Assembly (NCBI GenBank): GCA_964016885.1 | Contig: OZ024760.1 | Location: 34,658,001 to 34,722,000 of the forward strand | DNA: 64,000 bases | Source: Eledone cirrhosa | Lineage: Eukaryota | Reading direction: 5' to 3' | Shown: in pieces, positions 18,205 through 33,200 of the stretch | How the letters are laid out: every line of letters starts with the position of its first letter | Position numbering within the stretch: position 1 is the first letter of the stretch | The notes under the pieces: model-generated | Databases searched by the model: none | Seen by the model: only the letters and a program-made list of their open reading frames with translations | What the model was told of the DNA's origin: nothing | Made by a program: the position numbers and the translations under genes

Positions 18205-21200
18205 TTGGTTATTTTGTCCTGAACGTTACCTAAAGAGATACGTATACACGCTGTTTTGTCTGGTTGATATTAAAAGGGTTATATCTACGCTGTTTTGTCT
18301 GGGTTATATTAAAAGAGTTATACCTACACTGTTTTGTCTGGGTTATATTAAAAGGGTTATATCTATACTGTTTTGTCCTGGTTGATATTAAAAGGGTTAT
18401 ATCTACACTGTTTTGTCTAGGTTATATTAAGACGGTTATATCTACACTGTTTTGTCTGTGTTGTATTACAAGGGTTATATCTACACTGTTTTGTCTGGTT
18501 GATATTAAAAGGGTTATATCTACACTGTTTTGTCTGTGTTATATTGAAAGGGTTATATCTACACTGTTTTGTCTGGATTATATTAAAAGGGTTATATCTA
18601 CACTGTTTTGTCTGTGTTGTATTACAAGGGTTATATCTACACTGTTTTGTCTGTGTTGTATTACAAGGGTTATATCTACACTGTTTTGTCTGGTTGATAT
18701 TAAAAGGGTTATATCTACACTGTTTTGTCTAGGTTATATTAAGACGGTTATATCTACACTGTTTTGTCTGTGTTGTATTACAAGGGTTATATCTACACTG
18801 TTTTGTCTGGTTGATATTAAAAGGGTTATATCTACACTGTTTTGTCTGTGTTATATTGAAAGGGTTATATCTACACTGTTTTGTCTGGATTATATTAAAA
18901 GGGTTATATCTACACTGTTTTGTCTGGGTTATATTAAAAGGGTTATATCTACACTGTTTTGTCTGGGTTATATTAAAAGGGTTATATCTACAGTTTTGTC
19001 TGGTTCATATTAAAAGGGTTATATCTATACTGTTTTGTCTGGGTTATATTAAAAGGGTTATATCTACACTGTTTTGTCTAGTTGATATTAAAAGTGTTAT
19101 ATCTACACTGTTTTGTCTAGGTTATATTAAGACGGTTATATCTACACTGTTTTGTCTGTGTTGTATTACAAGGGTTATATCTACACTGTTTTGTCTGGTT
19201 GATATTAAAAGGGTTATATCTACACTGTTTTGTCTGTGTTATATTGAAAGGGTTATATCTACACTGTTTTGTCTGGATTATATTAAAAGGGTTATATCTA
19301 CACTGTTTTGTCTGGGTTATATTAAAAGGGTTATTTCTACACTGTTTTGTCTGGGTTATATTAAAAGGGTTATATCTACACTGTTTTGTCTGGGTTATAT
19401 TAAAAGGGTTATATCTACACTGTTTTGTTTGGTTGATATTAAAAGAGTTATATCTACACTGTTTTGTCTGGATTATATTAAAAGGGTTATATCTATACTG
19501 TTTTGTCCTGGTTGATATTGAAAGGGTTATTTCTACACTGTTTTGTCTGGGTTATATTAAAAGGGTTATATCTACACTGTTTTGTCTGGGTTATATTAAA
19601 AGGGTTATATCTACAGTTTTGTCTGGTTGATATTAAAAGTGTTATATCTACACTGTTTTGTCTAGGTTATATTAAGACGGTTATATCTACACTGTTTTGT
19701 CTGTGTTGTATTACAAGGGTTATATCTACACTGTTTTGTCTGGTTGATATTAAAAGGGTTATATCTACACTGTTTTGTCTGTGTTATATTGAAAGGGTTA
19801 TATCTACACTGTTTTGTCTGGATTATATTAAAAGGGTTATATCTACACTGTTTTGTCTGGGTTATATTGAAAGGGTTATTTTTACACTGTTTTGTCTGGG
19901 TTATATTAAAAGGGTTATATCTACACTGTTTTGTCTGGGTTATATTAAAAGGGTTATATCTACACTGTTTTGTTTGGTTGATATTAAAAGAGTTATATCT
20001 ACACTGTTTTGTCTGGATTATATTAAAAGGGTTATATCTATACTGTTTTGTCCTGGTTGATATTGAAAGGGTTATTTCTACACTGTTTTGTCTGGGTTAT
20101 ATTAAAAGGGTTATATCTACACTGTTTTGTCTGGGTTATATTAAAAGGGTTATATCTACAGTTTTGTCTGGTTGATATTAAAAGGGTTATATCTACACTG
20201 TTTTGTCTGGGTTATATTAAAAGGGTTATATCTACACTGTTTTGTTTGGTTGATATTAAAAGAGTTATATCTACACTGTTTTGTCTGGGTTATATTAAAA
20301 GGGTTATATCTATACTGTTTTGTCCTGGTGGATATTAAAAGGGTTATTTCTACACTGTTTTGTCTGGTTGGTATTGAAAGGGTTATATCTACACTGTTTA
20401 TCTGGGTTATATTAAAAGGGTTATATCTACACTGTTTTGTCTTCGTTGATATTGTCTGGTTCATATTAAAAGAGTTATATCTACACTGTTTTGTCTGGGT
20501 TATATTAATAGGGTTATATCTATACTGTTTTGTCCTGGTTGATATTGAAAGGGTTATTTCTACACTGTTTTGTCTGGGTTATATTAAAAGGGTTATATCT
20601 ACACTGTTTTGTCTGGGTTATATTAAAAGGGTTATATCTACACTGTTTTGTTTGGTTGATATTAAAAGAGTTATATCTACACTGTTTTGTCTGGATTATA
20701 TTAAAAGGGTTATATCTATACTGTTTTGTCCTGGTTGATATTAAAAGTGTTATATCTACACTGTTTTGTCTAGGTTATATTAAGACGGTTATATCTACAC
20801 TGTTTTGTCTGTGTTGTATTACAAGGGTTATATCTACACTGTTTTGTCTGGTTGATATTAAAAGGGTTATATCTACACTGTTTTGTCTGGGTTATATTAA
20901 AAGGGTTATATCTACACTGTTTTTGTCTAGGTTATATGAAAAGGGTTATATCTACACTGTTTTGTCTGGTTGATATTAAAAGGGTTATATCTACACTGTT
21001 TTGTCTGGATTATATTAAGAGGGTTATATCTACACTGTTTTGTCTGGTTCATATTAAAAGAGTTATATCTACACTGTTTTGTCTGGGTTATATTAAAAGG
21101 GTTATATCTATACTGTTTTGTCCTGGTTGATATTGAAAGGGTTATTTCTACACTGTTTTGTCTGGGTTATATTAAAAGGGTTATATCTACACTGTTTTGT

Positions 21201-24200
21201 CTGGGTTATATTAAAAGGGTTATATCTACACTGTTTTGTTTGGTTGATATTAAAAGAGTTATATCTACACTGTTTTGTCTGGATTATATTAAAAGGGTTA
21301 TATCTATACTGTTTTGTCCTGGTTGATATTGAAAGGGTTATTTCTACACTGTTTTGTCTGGGTTATATTAAAAGGGTTATATCTACACTGTTTTGTCTTG
21401 GTTGATATTGAAAGGGTTATATCTACACTGTTTTGTCTAGGTTATATTAAGACGGTTATATCTACACTGTTTTGTCTGTGTTGTATTACAAGGGTTATAT
21501 CTACACTGTTTTGTCTGGTTGATATTAAAAGGGTTATATCTACACTGTTTTGTCTGTGTTATATTGAAAGGGTTATATCTACACTGTTTTGTCTGGATTA
21601 TATTAAAAGGGTTATATCTACACTGTTTTGTCTGTGTTGTATTACAAGGGTTATATCTACACTGTTTTGTCTGTGTTGTATTACAAGGGTTATATCTACA
21701 CTGTTTTCTCTGGTTGATATTAAAAGGGTTATATCTACACTGTTTTGTCTAGGTTATATTAAGACGGTTATATCTACACTGTTTTGTCTGTGTTGTATTA
21801 CAAGGGTTATATCTACACTGTTTTGTCTGGTTGATATTAAAAGGGTTATATCTACACTGTTTTGTCTGTGTTATATTGAAAGGGTTATATCTACACTGTT
21901 TTGTCTGGATTATATTAAAAGGGTTATATCTACACTGTTTTGTCTGGGTTATATTAAAAGGGTTATATCTACACTGTTTTGTCTGGGTTATATTAAAAGG
22001 GTTATATCTACAGTTTTGTCTGGTTCATATTAAAAGGGTTATATCTATACTGTTTTGTCTGGGTTATATTAAAAGGGTTATATCTACACTGTTTTGTCTG
22101 GTTGATATTAAAAGTGTTATATCTACACTGTTTTGTCTAGGTTATATTAAGACGGTTATATCTACACTGTTTTGTCTGTGTTGTATTACAAGGGTTATAT
22201 CTACACTGTTTTGTCTGGTTGATATTAAAAGGGTTATATCTACACTGTTTTGTCTGTGTTATATTGAAAGGGTTATATCTACACTGTTTTGTCTGGATTA
22301 TATTAAAAGGGTTATATCTACACTGTTTTGTCTGGGTTATATTAAAAGGGTTATATCTACACTGTTTTGTCTGGGTTATATTAAAAGGGTTATATCTACA
22401 GTTTTGTCTGGTTCATATTAAAAGGGTTATATCTATACTGTTTTGTCTGGGTTATATTAAAAGGGTTATATCTACACTGTTTTGTTTGGTTGATATTAAA
22501 AGAGTTATATCTACACTGTTTTGTCTGGGTTATATTAAAAGGGTTATATCTATACTGTTTTGTCCTGGTTGATATTAAAAGGGTTATATCTACACTGTTT
22601 TGTCTGGGTTATATTAAAAGGGTTATATCTACACAGTTTTGTCTGGGTTATATTAAAAAGGTTATATCTACCCTGTTTTTTCTGGTTGATATTAAAAGAG
22701 TTATATCTACACTGTTTTGTCTGGTTGATATTAAAAGGGTTATAGCTACACTGTTTTGTCTGGTTGATATTAAAAGAGTTATATCTACACTGTTTTGTCT
22801 GGGTTATATTAAAAGGGTTATATCTATACTGTTTTGTCCTGGTGGATATTAAAAGGGTTATTTCTACACTGTTTTGTCTGGTTGGTATTGAAAGGGTTAT
22901 ATCTACACTGTTTTGTCTGGGTTATATTAAAAGGGTTATATCTACACTGTTTTGTCTGGTTGATATTAAAAGGGTTATATCTACACTGTTTTGTCTGGTT
23001 GATATTAAAAGTGTTATATCTACACTGTTTTGTCTAGGTTATATTAAGACGGTTATATCTACACTGTTTTGTCTGTGTTGTATTACAAGGGTTATATCTA
23101 CACTGTTTTGTCTGGTTGATATTAAAAGGGTTATATCTACACTGTTTTGTCTGGGTTATATTAAAAGGGTTATATCTACACTGTTTTTGTCTAGGTTATA
23201 TGAAAAGGGTTATATCTACACTGTTTTGTCTGGTTGATATTAAAAGGGTTATATCTACACTGTTTTGTCTGGATTATATTAAGAGGGTTATATCTACACT
23301 GTTTTGTCTGGTTCATATTAAAAGAGTTATATCTACACTGTTTTGTCTGGGTTATATTAAAAGGGTTATATCTATACTGTTTTGTCCTGGTTGATATTGA
23401 AAGGGTTATTTCTACACTGTTTTGTCTGGGTTATATTAAAAGGGTTATATCTACACTGTTTTGTCTGGGTTATATTAAAAGGGTTATATCTACACTGTTT
23501 TGTTTGGTTGATATTAAAAGAGTTATATCTACACTGTTTTGTCTGGATTATATTAAAAGGGTTATATCTATACTGTTTTGTCCTGGTTGATATTGAAAGG
23601 GTTATTTCTACACTGTTTTGTCTGGGTTATATTAAAAGGGTTATATCTACACTGTTTTGTCTGGGTTATATTAAAAGGGTTATATCTACAGTTTTGTCTG
23701 GTTGATATTAAAAGGGTTATATCTACACTGTTTTGTCTGGGTTATATTAAAAGGGTTATATCTACACTGTTTTGTTTGGTTGATATTAAAAGAGTTATAT
23801 CTACACTGTTTTGTCTGGGTTATATTAAAAGGGTTATATCTATACTGTTTTGTCCTGGTGGATATTAAAAGGGTTATTTCTACACTGTTTTGTCTGGTTG
23901 GTATTGAAAGGGTTATATCTACACTGTTTGTCTGGGTTATATTAAAAGGGTTATATATACACTGTTTTGTCTTCGTTGATATTAAAAGGGTTATATCTAC
24001 ACTGTTTTGTCTGGGTTATATTAAAAGTTATATCTATACGGTTTTGTCCTGGTTGATATTAAAAGGGTTATATCTACATTGTTTTTGTCTGGGTTATATT
24101 AAAAGGGTTATATCTACACTGTTTTGTCTGATTGATATTAAAAGAGTTATATCTATACTGTTTTGTCTGGGTTATATTAAAAGGGTTATATCTACAGTTT

Positions 24201-27200
24201 TGTCTAGGTTATATTAAAAGGGTTATATATACACTGTTTTGTCTGGTTGATATTAAAAGGGTTATACCTACACTGTTTTGTCTGGGTTATATCAAAAGGG
24301 TTATATCTATACTGTTTTGTCTGGTTGGTATTAAAAGGGTTATATCTACTCTGTTTGGTCTGGGTTATATTAAAAGGGTTATATCTACACTGTTTTGTCC
24401 TTGTTGATATTAAAAGGGTTATATCTACACTGTTTTGTCTGGGTTATATTAAAAGGGTTATATCTACACTGTTTTGTCTGGTTGATATTAAAAGGGTTAT
24501 ATCTACACTGTTTTGTCTGGGTTATATTAAAAGGGTTATATCTACACTGTTTTGTCTGGTTGATATTAAAAGGGTTATATCTACACTGGTTTGTCCTGGT
24601 TGATATTAAAACGGTTATATCTACACTGTTTTGTCTGGGTTATATTTAAAGGGTTATATCTATACTGTTTTGTCCTGGTTGATATTAAAAGGGTTATATC
24701 TACACTGTTTTGTCTGGGTTATATTAAAAGGGTTATATCTACACTGTTTTGTCTGGTTGATATTAAAAGGGTTATATCTACACTGGTTTGTCCTGGTTGA
24801 TATTAAAACGGTTATATCTACACTGTTTTGTCTGGGTTATATTTAAAGGGTTATATCTATACTGTTTTGTCCTGGTTGATATTAAAAGGGTTATATCTAC
24901 ACTGTTTTGTCTGGGTTATATTAAAAGGATTATATCTACACTGTTTTGTGTGGGTTATATTAAAAGGGTTATATCTACACTGTTTTGTCTGGTTGATATT
25001 AAAAGGGTTATATCTATACTGTTTTTATTTGGGTTATATTAAAAGGGTTATAGCTACACTGCTTTGTCCTAGTTGATATTAAAAGGGTTATATCTACACT
25101 GTTTTGTCTGGGTTATATTAAAAGGGTTATATCTACACTGTGTTGTCTGGGTTATATTGAAAGGGTTATATCTACACTGTTTTGTCTGGTTGATATTAAA
25201 AGGGTGATACCTACACTGTTTTGTCTGGGTTATATCAAAAGGGTTATATCTATACTGTTTTGTCTGGTTGGTATTAAAAGGGTTATATCTACACTGTTTG
25301 GTCTGGGTTATATTAAAAGGGTTATATCTACACTGTTTTGCCTGGGTTATATTAAAAGGGTTATATCTACACTGTTTTTTCTGGTTGATATTAAAAGAGT
25401 TATATCTACACTGTTTTGTCTGGTTGATATTAAAAGGGTTATAGCTACACTGTTTTGTCTGGTTGATATTAAAAGAGTTATATCTACACTGTTTTGTCTG
25501 GGTTATATTAAAAGGGTTATATCTATACTGTTTTGTCCTGGTGGATATTAAAAGGGTTATTTCTACACTGTTTTGTCTGGTTGGTATTGAAAGGGTTATA
25601 TCTACACTGTTTTGTCTGGGTTATATTAAAAGGGTTATATCTACACTGTTTTGTCTGGTTGATATTAAAAGGGTTATATCTACACTGTTTTGTCTGGTTG
25701 ATATTAAAAGTGTTATATCTACACTGTTTTGTCTAGGTTATATTAAGACGGTTATATCTACACTGTTTTGTCTGTGTTGTATTACAAGGGTTATATCTAC
25801 ACTGTTTTGTCTGGTTGATATTAAAAGGGTTATATCTACACTGTTTTGTCTGGGTTATATTAAAAGGGTTATATCTACACTGTTTTTGTCTAGGTTATAT
25901 TAAGACGGTTATATCTACACTGTTTTGTCTGTGTTGTATTACAAGGGTTATATCTACACTGTTTTGTCTGGTTGATATTAAAAGGGTTATATCTACACTG
26001 TTTTGTCTGTGTTATATTGAAAGGGTTATATCTACACTGTTTTGTCTGGATTATATTAAAAGGGTTATATCTACACTGTTTTGTCTGGTTGATATTAAAA
26101 GGGTTATATCTACACTGTTTTGTCTGGTTGATATTGAAAGGGTTATATCTACACTGTTTTGTCTAGGTTATATTAAGACGGTTATATCTACACTGTTTTG
26201 TCTGTGTTGTATTACAAGGTTTATATCTACACTGTTTTGTCTGGTTGATATTAAAAGGGTTATATCTACACTGTTTTGTCTAGGTTATATTAAGACGGTT
26301 ATATCTACACTGTTTTGTCTGTGTTGTATTACAAGGGTTATATCTACACTGTTTTGTCTGGGTTATATTAAAAGGGTTATATCTACAGTTTTGTCTTGTT
26401 CATATTAAAAGGGTTATATCTACACTGTTTTGTCTGTGTTGTATTACAAGGGTTATATCTACACTGTTTTGTCTGGTTGATATTAAAAGGGTTATATCTA
26501 CACTGTTTTGTCTGTGTTATATTGAAAGGGTTATATCTACACTGTTTTGTCTGGATTATATTAAAAGGGTTATATCTACACTGTTTTGTCTGGGTTATAT
26601 TAAAAGGGTTATATCTACACTGTTTTGTCTGGGTTATATTAAAAGGGTTATATCTACAGTTTTGTCTGGTTCATATTAAAAGGGTTATATCTATACTGTT
26701 TTGTCTGGGTTATATTAAAAGGGTTATATCTACACTGTTTTGTTTGGTTGATATTAAAAGAGTTATATCTACACTGTTTTGTCTGGGTTATATTAAAAGG
26801 GTTATATCTATACTGTTTTGTCCTGGTTGATATTAAAAGGGTTATATCTACACTGTTTTGTCTGGGTTATATTAAAAGGGTTATATCTACACAGTTTTGT
26901 CTGGGTTATATTAAAAAGGTTATATCTACCCTGTTTTTTCTGGTTGATATTAAAAGAGTTATATCTACACTGTTTTGTCTGGTTGATATTAAAAGGGTTA
27001 TAGCTACACTGTTTTGTCTGGTTGATATTAAAAGAGTTATATCTACACTGTTTTGTCTGGGTTATATTAAAAGGGTTATATCTATACTGTTTTGTCCTGG
27101 TGGATATTAAAAGGGTTATTTCTACACTGTTTTGTCTGGTTGGTATTGAAAGGGTTATATCTACACTGTTTTGTCTGGGTTATATTAAAAGGGTTATATC

Positions 27201-30200
27201 TACACTGTTTTGTCTGGTTGATATTAAAAGGGTTATATCTACACTGTTTTGTCTGGTTGATATTAAAAGTGTTATATCTACACTGTTTTGTCTAGGTTAT
27301 ATTAAGACGGTTATATCTACACTGTTTTGTCTGTGTTGTATTACAAGGGTTATATCTACACTGTTTTGTCTGGTTGATATTAAAAGGGTTATATCTACAC
27401 TGTTTTGTCTGGGTTATATTAAAAGGGTTATATCTACACTGTTTTTGTCTAGGTTATATGAAAAGGGTTATATCTACACTGTTTTGTCTGGTTGATATTA
27501 AAAGGGTTATATCTACACTGTTTTGTCTGGATTATATTAAGAGGGTTATATCTACACTGTTTTGTCTGGTTCATATTAAAAGAGTTATATCTACACTGTT
27601 TTGTCTGGGTTATATTAAAAGGGTTATATCTATACTGTTTTGTCCTGGTTGATATTGAAAGGGTTATTTCTACACTGTTTTGTCTGGGTTATATTAAAAG
27701 GGTTATATCTACACTGTTTTGTCTGGGTTATATTAAAAGGGTTATATCTACACTGTTTTGTTTGGTTGATATTAAAAAGATTATATCTACACTGTTTTGT
27801 CTGGGTTATATTAAAAGGGTTATATCTACACTGTTTTGTTTGGTTGATATTAAAAGAGTTATATCTACACTGTTTTGTCTGGGTTATATTAAAAGGGTTA
27901 TATCTATACTGTTTTGTCCTGGTGGATTTTAAAAGGGTTATTTCTACACTGTTTTGTCTGGTTGGTATTGAAAGGGTTATATCTACACTGTTTGTCTGGG
28001 TTATATTAAAAGGGTTATATATACACTGTTTTGTCTTCGTTGATATTAAAAGGGTTATATCTACACTGTTTTGTCTGGGTTATATTAAAAGTTATATCTA
28101 TACGGTTTTGTCCTGGTTGATATTAAAAGGGTTATATCTACATTGTTTTTGTCTGGGTTATATTAAAAGGGTTATATCTACACTGTTTTGTCTGATTGAT
28201 ATTAAAAGAGTTATATCTATACTGTTTTGTCTGGGTTATATTAAAAGGGTTATATCTACAGTTTTGTCTAGGTTATATTAAAAGGGTTATATATACACTG
28301 TTTTGTCTGGTTGATATTAAAAGGGTTATACCTACACTGTTTTGTCTGGGTTATATCAAAAGGGTTATATCTATACTGTTTTGTCTGGTTGGTATTAAAA
28401 GGGTTATATCTACTCTGTTTGGTCTGGGTTATATTAAAACGGTTATATCTACACTGTTTTGTCCTTGTTGATATTAAAAGGGTTATATCTACACTGTTTT
28501 GTCTGGGTTATATTAAAAGGGTTATATCTACACTGTTTTGTCTGGTTGATATTAAAAGGGTTATATCTACACTGTTTTGTCTGGGTTATATTAAAAGGGT
28601 TATATCTACACTGTTTTGTCTGGTTGATATTAAAAGGGTTATATCTACACTGGTTTGTCCTGGTTGATATTAAAACGGTTATATCTACACTGTTTTGTCT
28701 GGGTTATATTTAAAGGGTTATATCTATACTGTTTTGTCTGGGTTATATTAAAAGTTATATCTATACGGTTTTGTCCTGGTTGATATTAAAAGGGTTATAT
28801 CTACACTGTTTTGTCTGGGTTATATTAAAAGGGTTATATCTACACTGTTTTGTCTGGTTGATATTAAAAGGGTTATATCTACACTGGTTTGTCCTGGTTG
28901 ATATTAAAACGGTTATATCTACACTGTTTTGTCTGGGTTATATTTAAAGGGTTATATCTATACTGTTTTGTCCTGGTTGATATTAAAAGGGTTATATCTA
29001 CACTGTTTTGTCTGGGTTATATTAAAAGGATTATATCTACACTGTTTTGTGTGGGTTATATTAAAAGGGTTATATCTACACTGTTTTGTCTGGTTGATAT
29101 TAAAAGGGTTATATCTATACTGTTTTTATTTGGGTTATATTAAAAGGGTTATAGCTACACTGCTTTGTCCTAGTTGATATTAAAAGGGTTATATCTACAC
29201 TGTTTTGTCTGGGTTATATTAAAAGGGTTATATCTACACTGTTTTGTCTGGTTGATATTAAAAGGGTTATACCTACACTGTTTTGTCTGGGTTATATCAA
29301 AAGGGTTATATCTATACTGTTTTGTCTGGTTGGTATTAAAAGGGTTATATCTACACTGTTTGGTCTGGGTTATATTAAAAGGGTTATATCTACACTGTTT
29401 TGCCTGGGTTATATTAAAAGGGTTATATCTACACTGTTTTTTCTGGTTGATATTAAAAGAGTTATATCTACACTGTTTTGTCTGGTTGATATTAAAAGGG
29501 TTATAGCTACACTGTTTTGTCTGGTTGATATTAAAAGAGTTATATCTACACTGTTTTGTCTGGGTTATATTAAAAGGGTTATATCTATACTGTTTTGTCC
29601 TGGTGGATATTAAAAGGGTTATTTCTACACTGTTTTGTCTGGTTGGTATTGAAAGGGTTATATCTACACTGTTTTGTCTGGGTTATATTAAAAGGGTTAT
29701 ATCTACACTGTTTTGTCTGGTTGATATTAAAAGGGTTATATCTACACTGTTTTGTCTGGTTGATATTAAAAGTGTTATATCTACACTGTTTTGTCTAGGT
29801 TATATTAAGACGGTTATATCTACACTGTTTTGTCTGTGTTGTATTACAAGGGTTATATCTACACTGTTTTGTCTGGTTGATATTAAAAGGGTTATATCTA
29901 CACTGTTTTGTCTGGGTTATATTAAAAGGGTTATATCTACACTGTTTTTGTCTAGGTTATATGAAAAGGGTTATATCTACACTGTTTTGTCTGGTTGATA
30001 TTAAAAGGGTTATATCTACACTGTTTTGTCTGGATTATATTAAGAGGGTTATATCTACACTGTTTTGTCTGGTTCATATTAAAAGAGTTATATCTACACT
30101 GTTTTGTCTGGGTTATATTAAAAGGGTTATATCTATACTGTTTTGTCCTGGTTGATATTGAAAGGGTTATTTCTACACTGTTTTGTCTGGGTTATATTAA

Positions 30201-33200
30201 AAGGGTTATATCTACACTGTTTTGTCTGGTTGATATTAAAAGGGTTATATCTACACTGTTTTGTTTGGTTGATATTAAAAGAGTTATATCTACACTGTTT
30301 TGTCTGGATTATATTAAAAGGGTTATATCTATACTGTTTTGTCCTGGTTGATATTGAAAGGGTTATTTCTACACTGTTTTGTCTGGGTTATATTAAAAGG
30401 GTTATATCTACACTGTTTTGTCTGGGTTATATTAAAAGGGTTATATCTACAGTTTTGTCTGGTTGATATTAAAAGGGTTATATCTACACTGTTTTGTCTG
30501 GGTTATATTAAAAGGGTTATATCTACACTGTTTTGTTTGGTTGATATTAAAAGAGTTATATCTACACTGTTTTGTCTGGGTTATATTAAAAGGGTTATAT
30601 CTATACTGTTTTGTCCTGGTGGATATTAAAAGGGTTATTTCTATACTGTTTTGTCTGGTTGGTATTGAAAGGGTTATATCTACACTGTTTGTCTGGGTTA
30701 TATTAAAAGGGTTATATATACACTGTTTTGTCTTCTTTGATATTAAAAGGGTTATATCTACACTGTTTTGTCTGGGTTATATTAAAAGTTATATCTATAC
30801 GGTTTTGTCCTGGTTGATATTAAAAGGGTTATATCTACATTGTTTTTGTCTGGGTTATATTAAAAGGGTTATATCTACACTGTTTTGTCTGATTGATATT
30901 AAAAGAGTTATATCTATACTGTTTTGTCTGGGTTATATTAAAAGGGTTATATCTACAGTTTTGTCTAGGTTATATTAAAAGGGTTATATCTACACTGTTT
31001 TGTCTGGGTTATATTAAAAGGGTTATATCTACACTGTTTTGTCTGGGTTATATTAAAAGGGTTATATCTACACTGTTTTGTCCTTGTTGATATTAAAAGG
31101 GTTATATCTACACTGTTTTGTCTGGGTTATATTAAAAGGGTTATATCTACACTGTTTCGTCTGGTTGATATTAAAAGGGTTATATCTACACTGTTTTGTC
31201 TGGGTTATATTAAAAGGGTTATATCTAGACTGTTTTGTCTGGTTGATATTAAAAGGGTTATATCAACACTGGTTTGTCCTGGTTGATATTAAAACGGTTA
31301 TATCTACACTGTTTTGTCTGGGTTATATTTAAAGGGTTATATCTATACTGTTTTGTCCTGGTTGATATTAAAAGGTTTATATCTACACTGTTTTGTCTGG
31401 GTTATATTAAAAGGGTTATATCTACACTGTTTTGTCTGGTTGATATTAAAAGGGTTATATCTACACTGGTTTGTCCTGGTTGATATTAAAACGGTTATAT
31501 CTACACTGTTTTGTCTGGGTTATATTTAAAGGGTTATATCTATACTGTTTTGTCCTGGTTGATATTAAAAGGGTTATATCTACACTGTTTTGTCTGGGTT
31601 ATATTAAAAGGATTATATCTACACTGTTTTGTGTGGGTTATATTAAAAGGATTATATCTACATTGTTTTGTCTGGGTTATATTAAAAGGGTTATATCTAC
31701 ACTGTTTTGTCTGGGTTATATCTGCACTGTTTTGTCTTGTTGATATTAAAAGGGTTATATCTACACTTTTGTCTGGTTGATATTAAAAGGGTTATACCTA
31801 CACTGTTTTGTCTGGGTTATATCAAAAGGGTTATAACTATACTGTTTTGTCTGGTTGGTATTAAAAGGGTTATATCTACGCTGTTTTGTCTGGGTTATAT
31901 TAAAAGGGTTATATCTACACTGTTTTGTCTGGTTGATATTAAAAGGGTTATATCTATACTGTTTTTATTTGGGTTATATTAAAAGGGTTATAGCTACACT
32001 GCTTTGTCCTAGTTGATATTAAAAGGGTTATATCTACACTGTTTTGTCTGGGTTATATTAAAAGGGTTATATCTACACTGTGTTGTCTGGGTTATATTGA
32101 AAGGGTTATATCTACACTGTTTTGTCTGGTTGATATTAAAAGGGTTATACCTACACTGTTTTGTCTGGGTTATATCAAAAGGGTTATATCTATACTGTTT
32201 TGTCTGGTTGGTATTAAAAGGGTTATATCTACACTGTTTGGTCTGGGTTATATTAAAAGGGTTATATCTACACTGTTTTGTCCTGGTTGATATTAAAAGG
32301 GTTATATCTACACTGTTTTGCCTGGGTTATATTAAAAGGGTTATATCTACACTGTTTTGTCTGGTTGATATTAAAAGGGTTATATCTACACTGTTTTGTC
32401 TGGGTTATATTAAAAGGGTTATATCTACACTGGTTTGTCCTGGTTGATATTAAAACGGTTATATCTACACTGTTTTGTCTGGGTTATATTTAAAGGGTTA
32501 TATCTACACTGTTTTGTGTGGGTTATATTAAAAGGATTATATCTACATTGTTTTGTCTGGGTTATATTAAAAGGGTTATATCTACACTGTTTTGTCTGGG
32601 TTATATCAAAAGGGTTATATCTATACTGTTTTGTCTGGTTGATATTAAAAGGGTTATATCTACACTGTTTTGTCTGGGTTATATTAAAAGGGTTATATCT
32701 ACACTGTTTTTGTCTAGGTTATATGAAAAGGGTTATATCTACACTGTTTTGTCTGGTTGATATTAAAAGGGTTATATCTACACTGTTTTTTCTGGATTAT
32801 ATTAAGAGGGTTATATCTACACTGTTTTGTCTGGTTCATATTAAAAGAGTTATATCTACACTGTTTTGTCTGGGTTATATTAAAAGGGTTATATCTATAC
32901 TGTTTTGTCCTGGTTGATATTGAAAGGGTTATTTCTACACTGTTTTGTCTGGGTTATATTAAAAGGGTTATATCTACACTGTTTTGTCTGGTTGATATTA
33001 AAAGGGTTATATCTACACTGTTTTGTTTGGTTGATATTAAAAGAGTTATATCTACACTGTTTTGTCTGGATTATATTAAAAGGGTTATATCTATACTGTT
33101 TTGTCCTGGTTGATATTGAAAGGATTATTTCTACACTGTTTTGTCTGGGTTATATTAAAAGGGTTATATCTACACTGTTTTGTCTGGGTTATATTAAAAG

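Noticed and set aside
13925-18290. Satellite derived from the piggyBac end (aaagggtta) or the mariner TIR
   Set aside because: Similarity is limited to ~9 AT-rich bases, which is insufficient.
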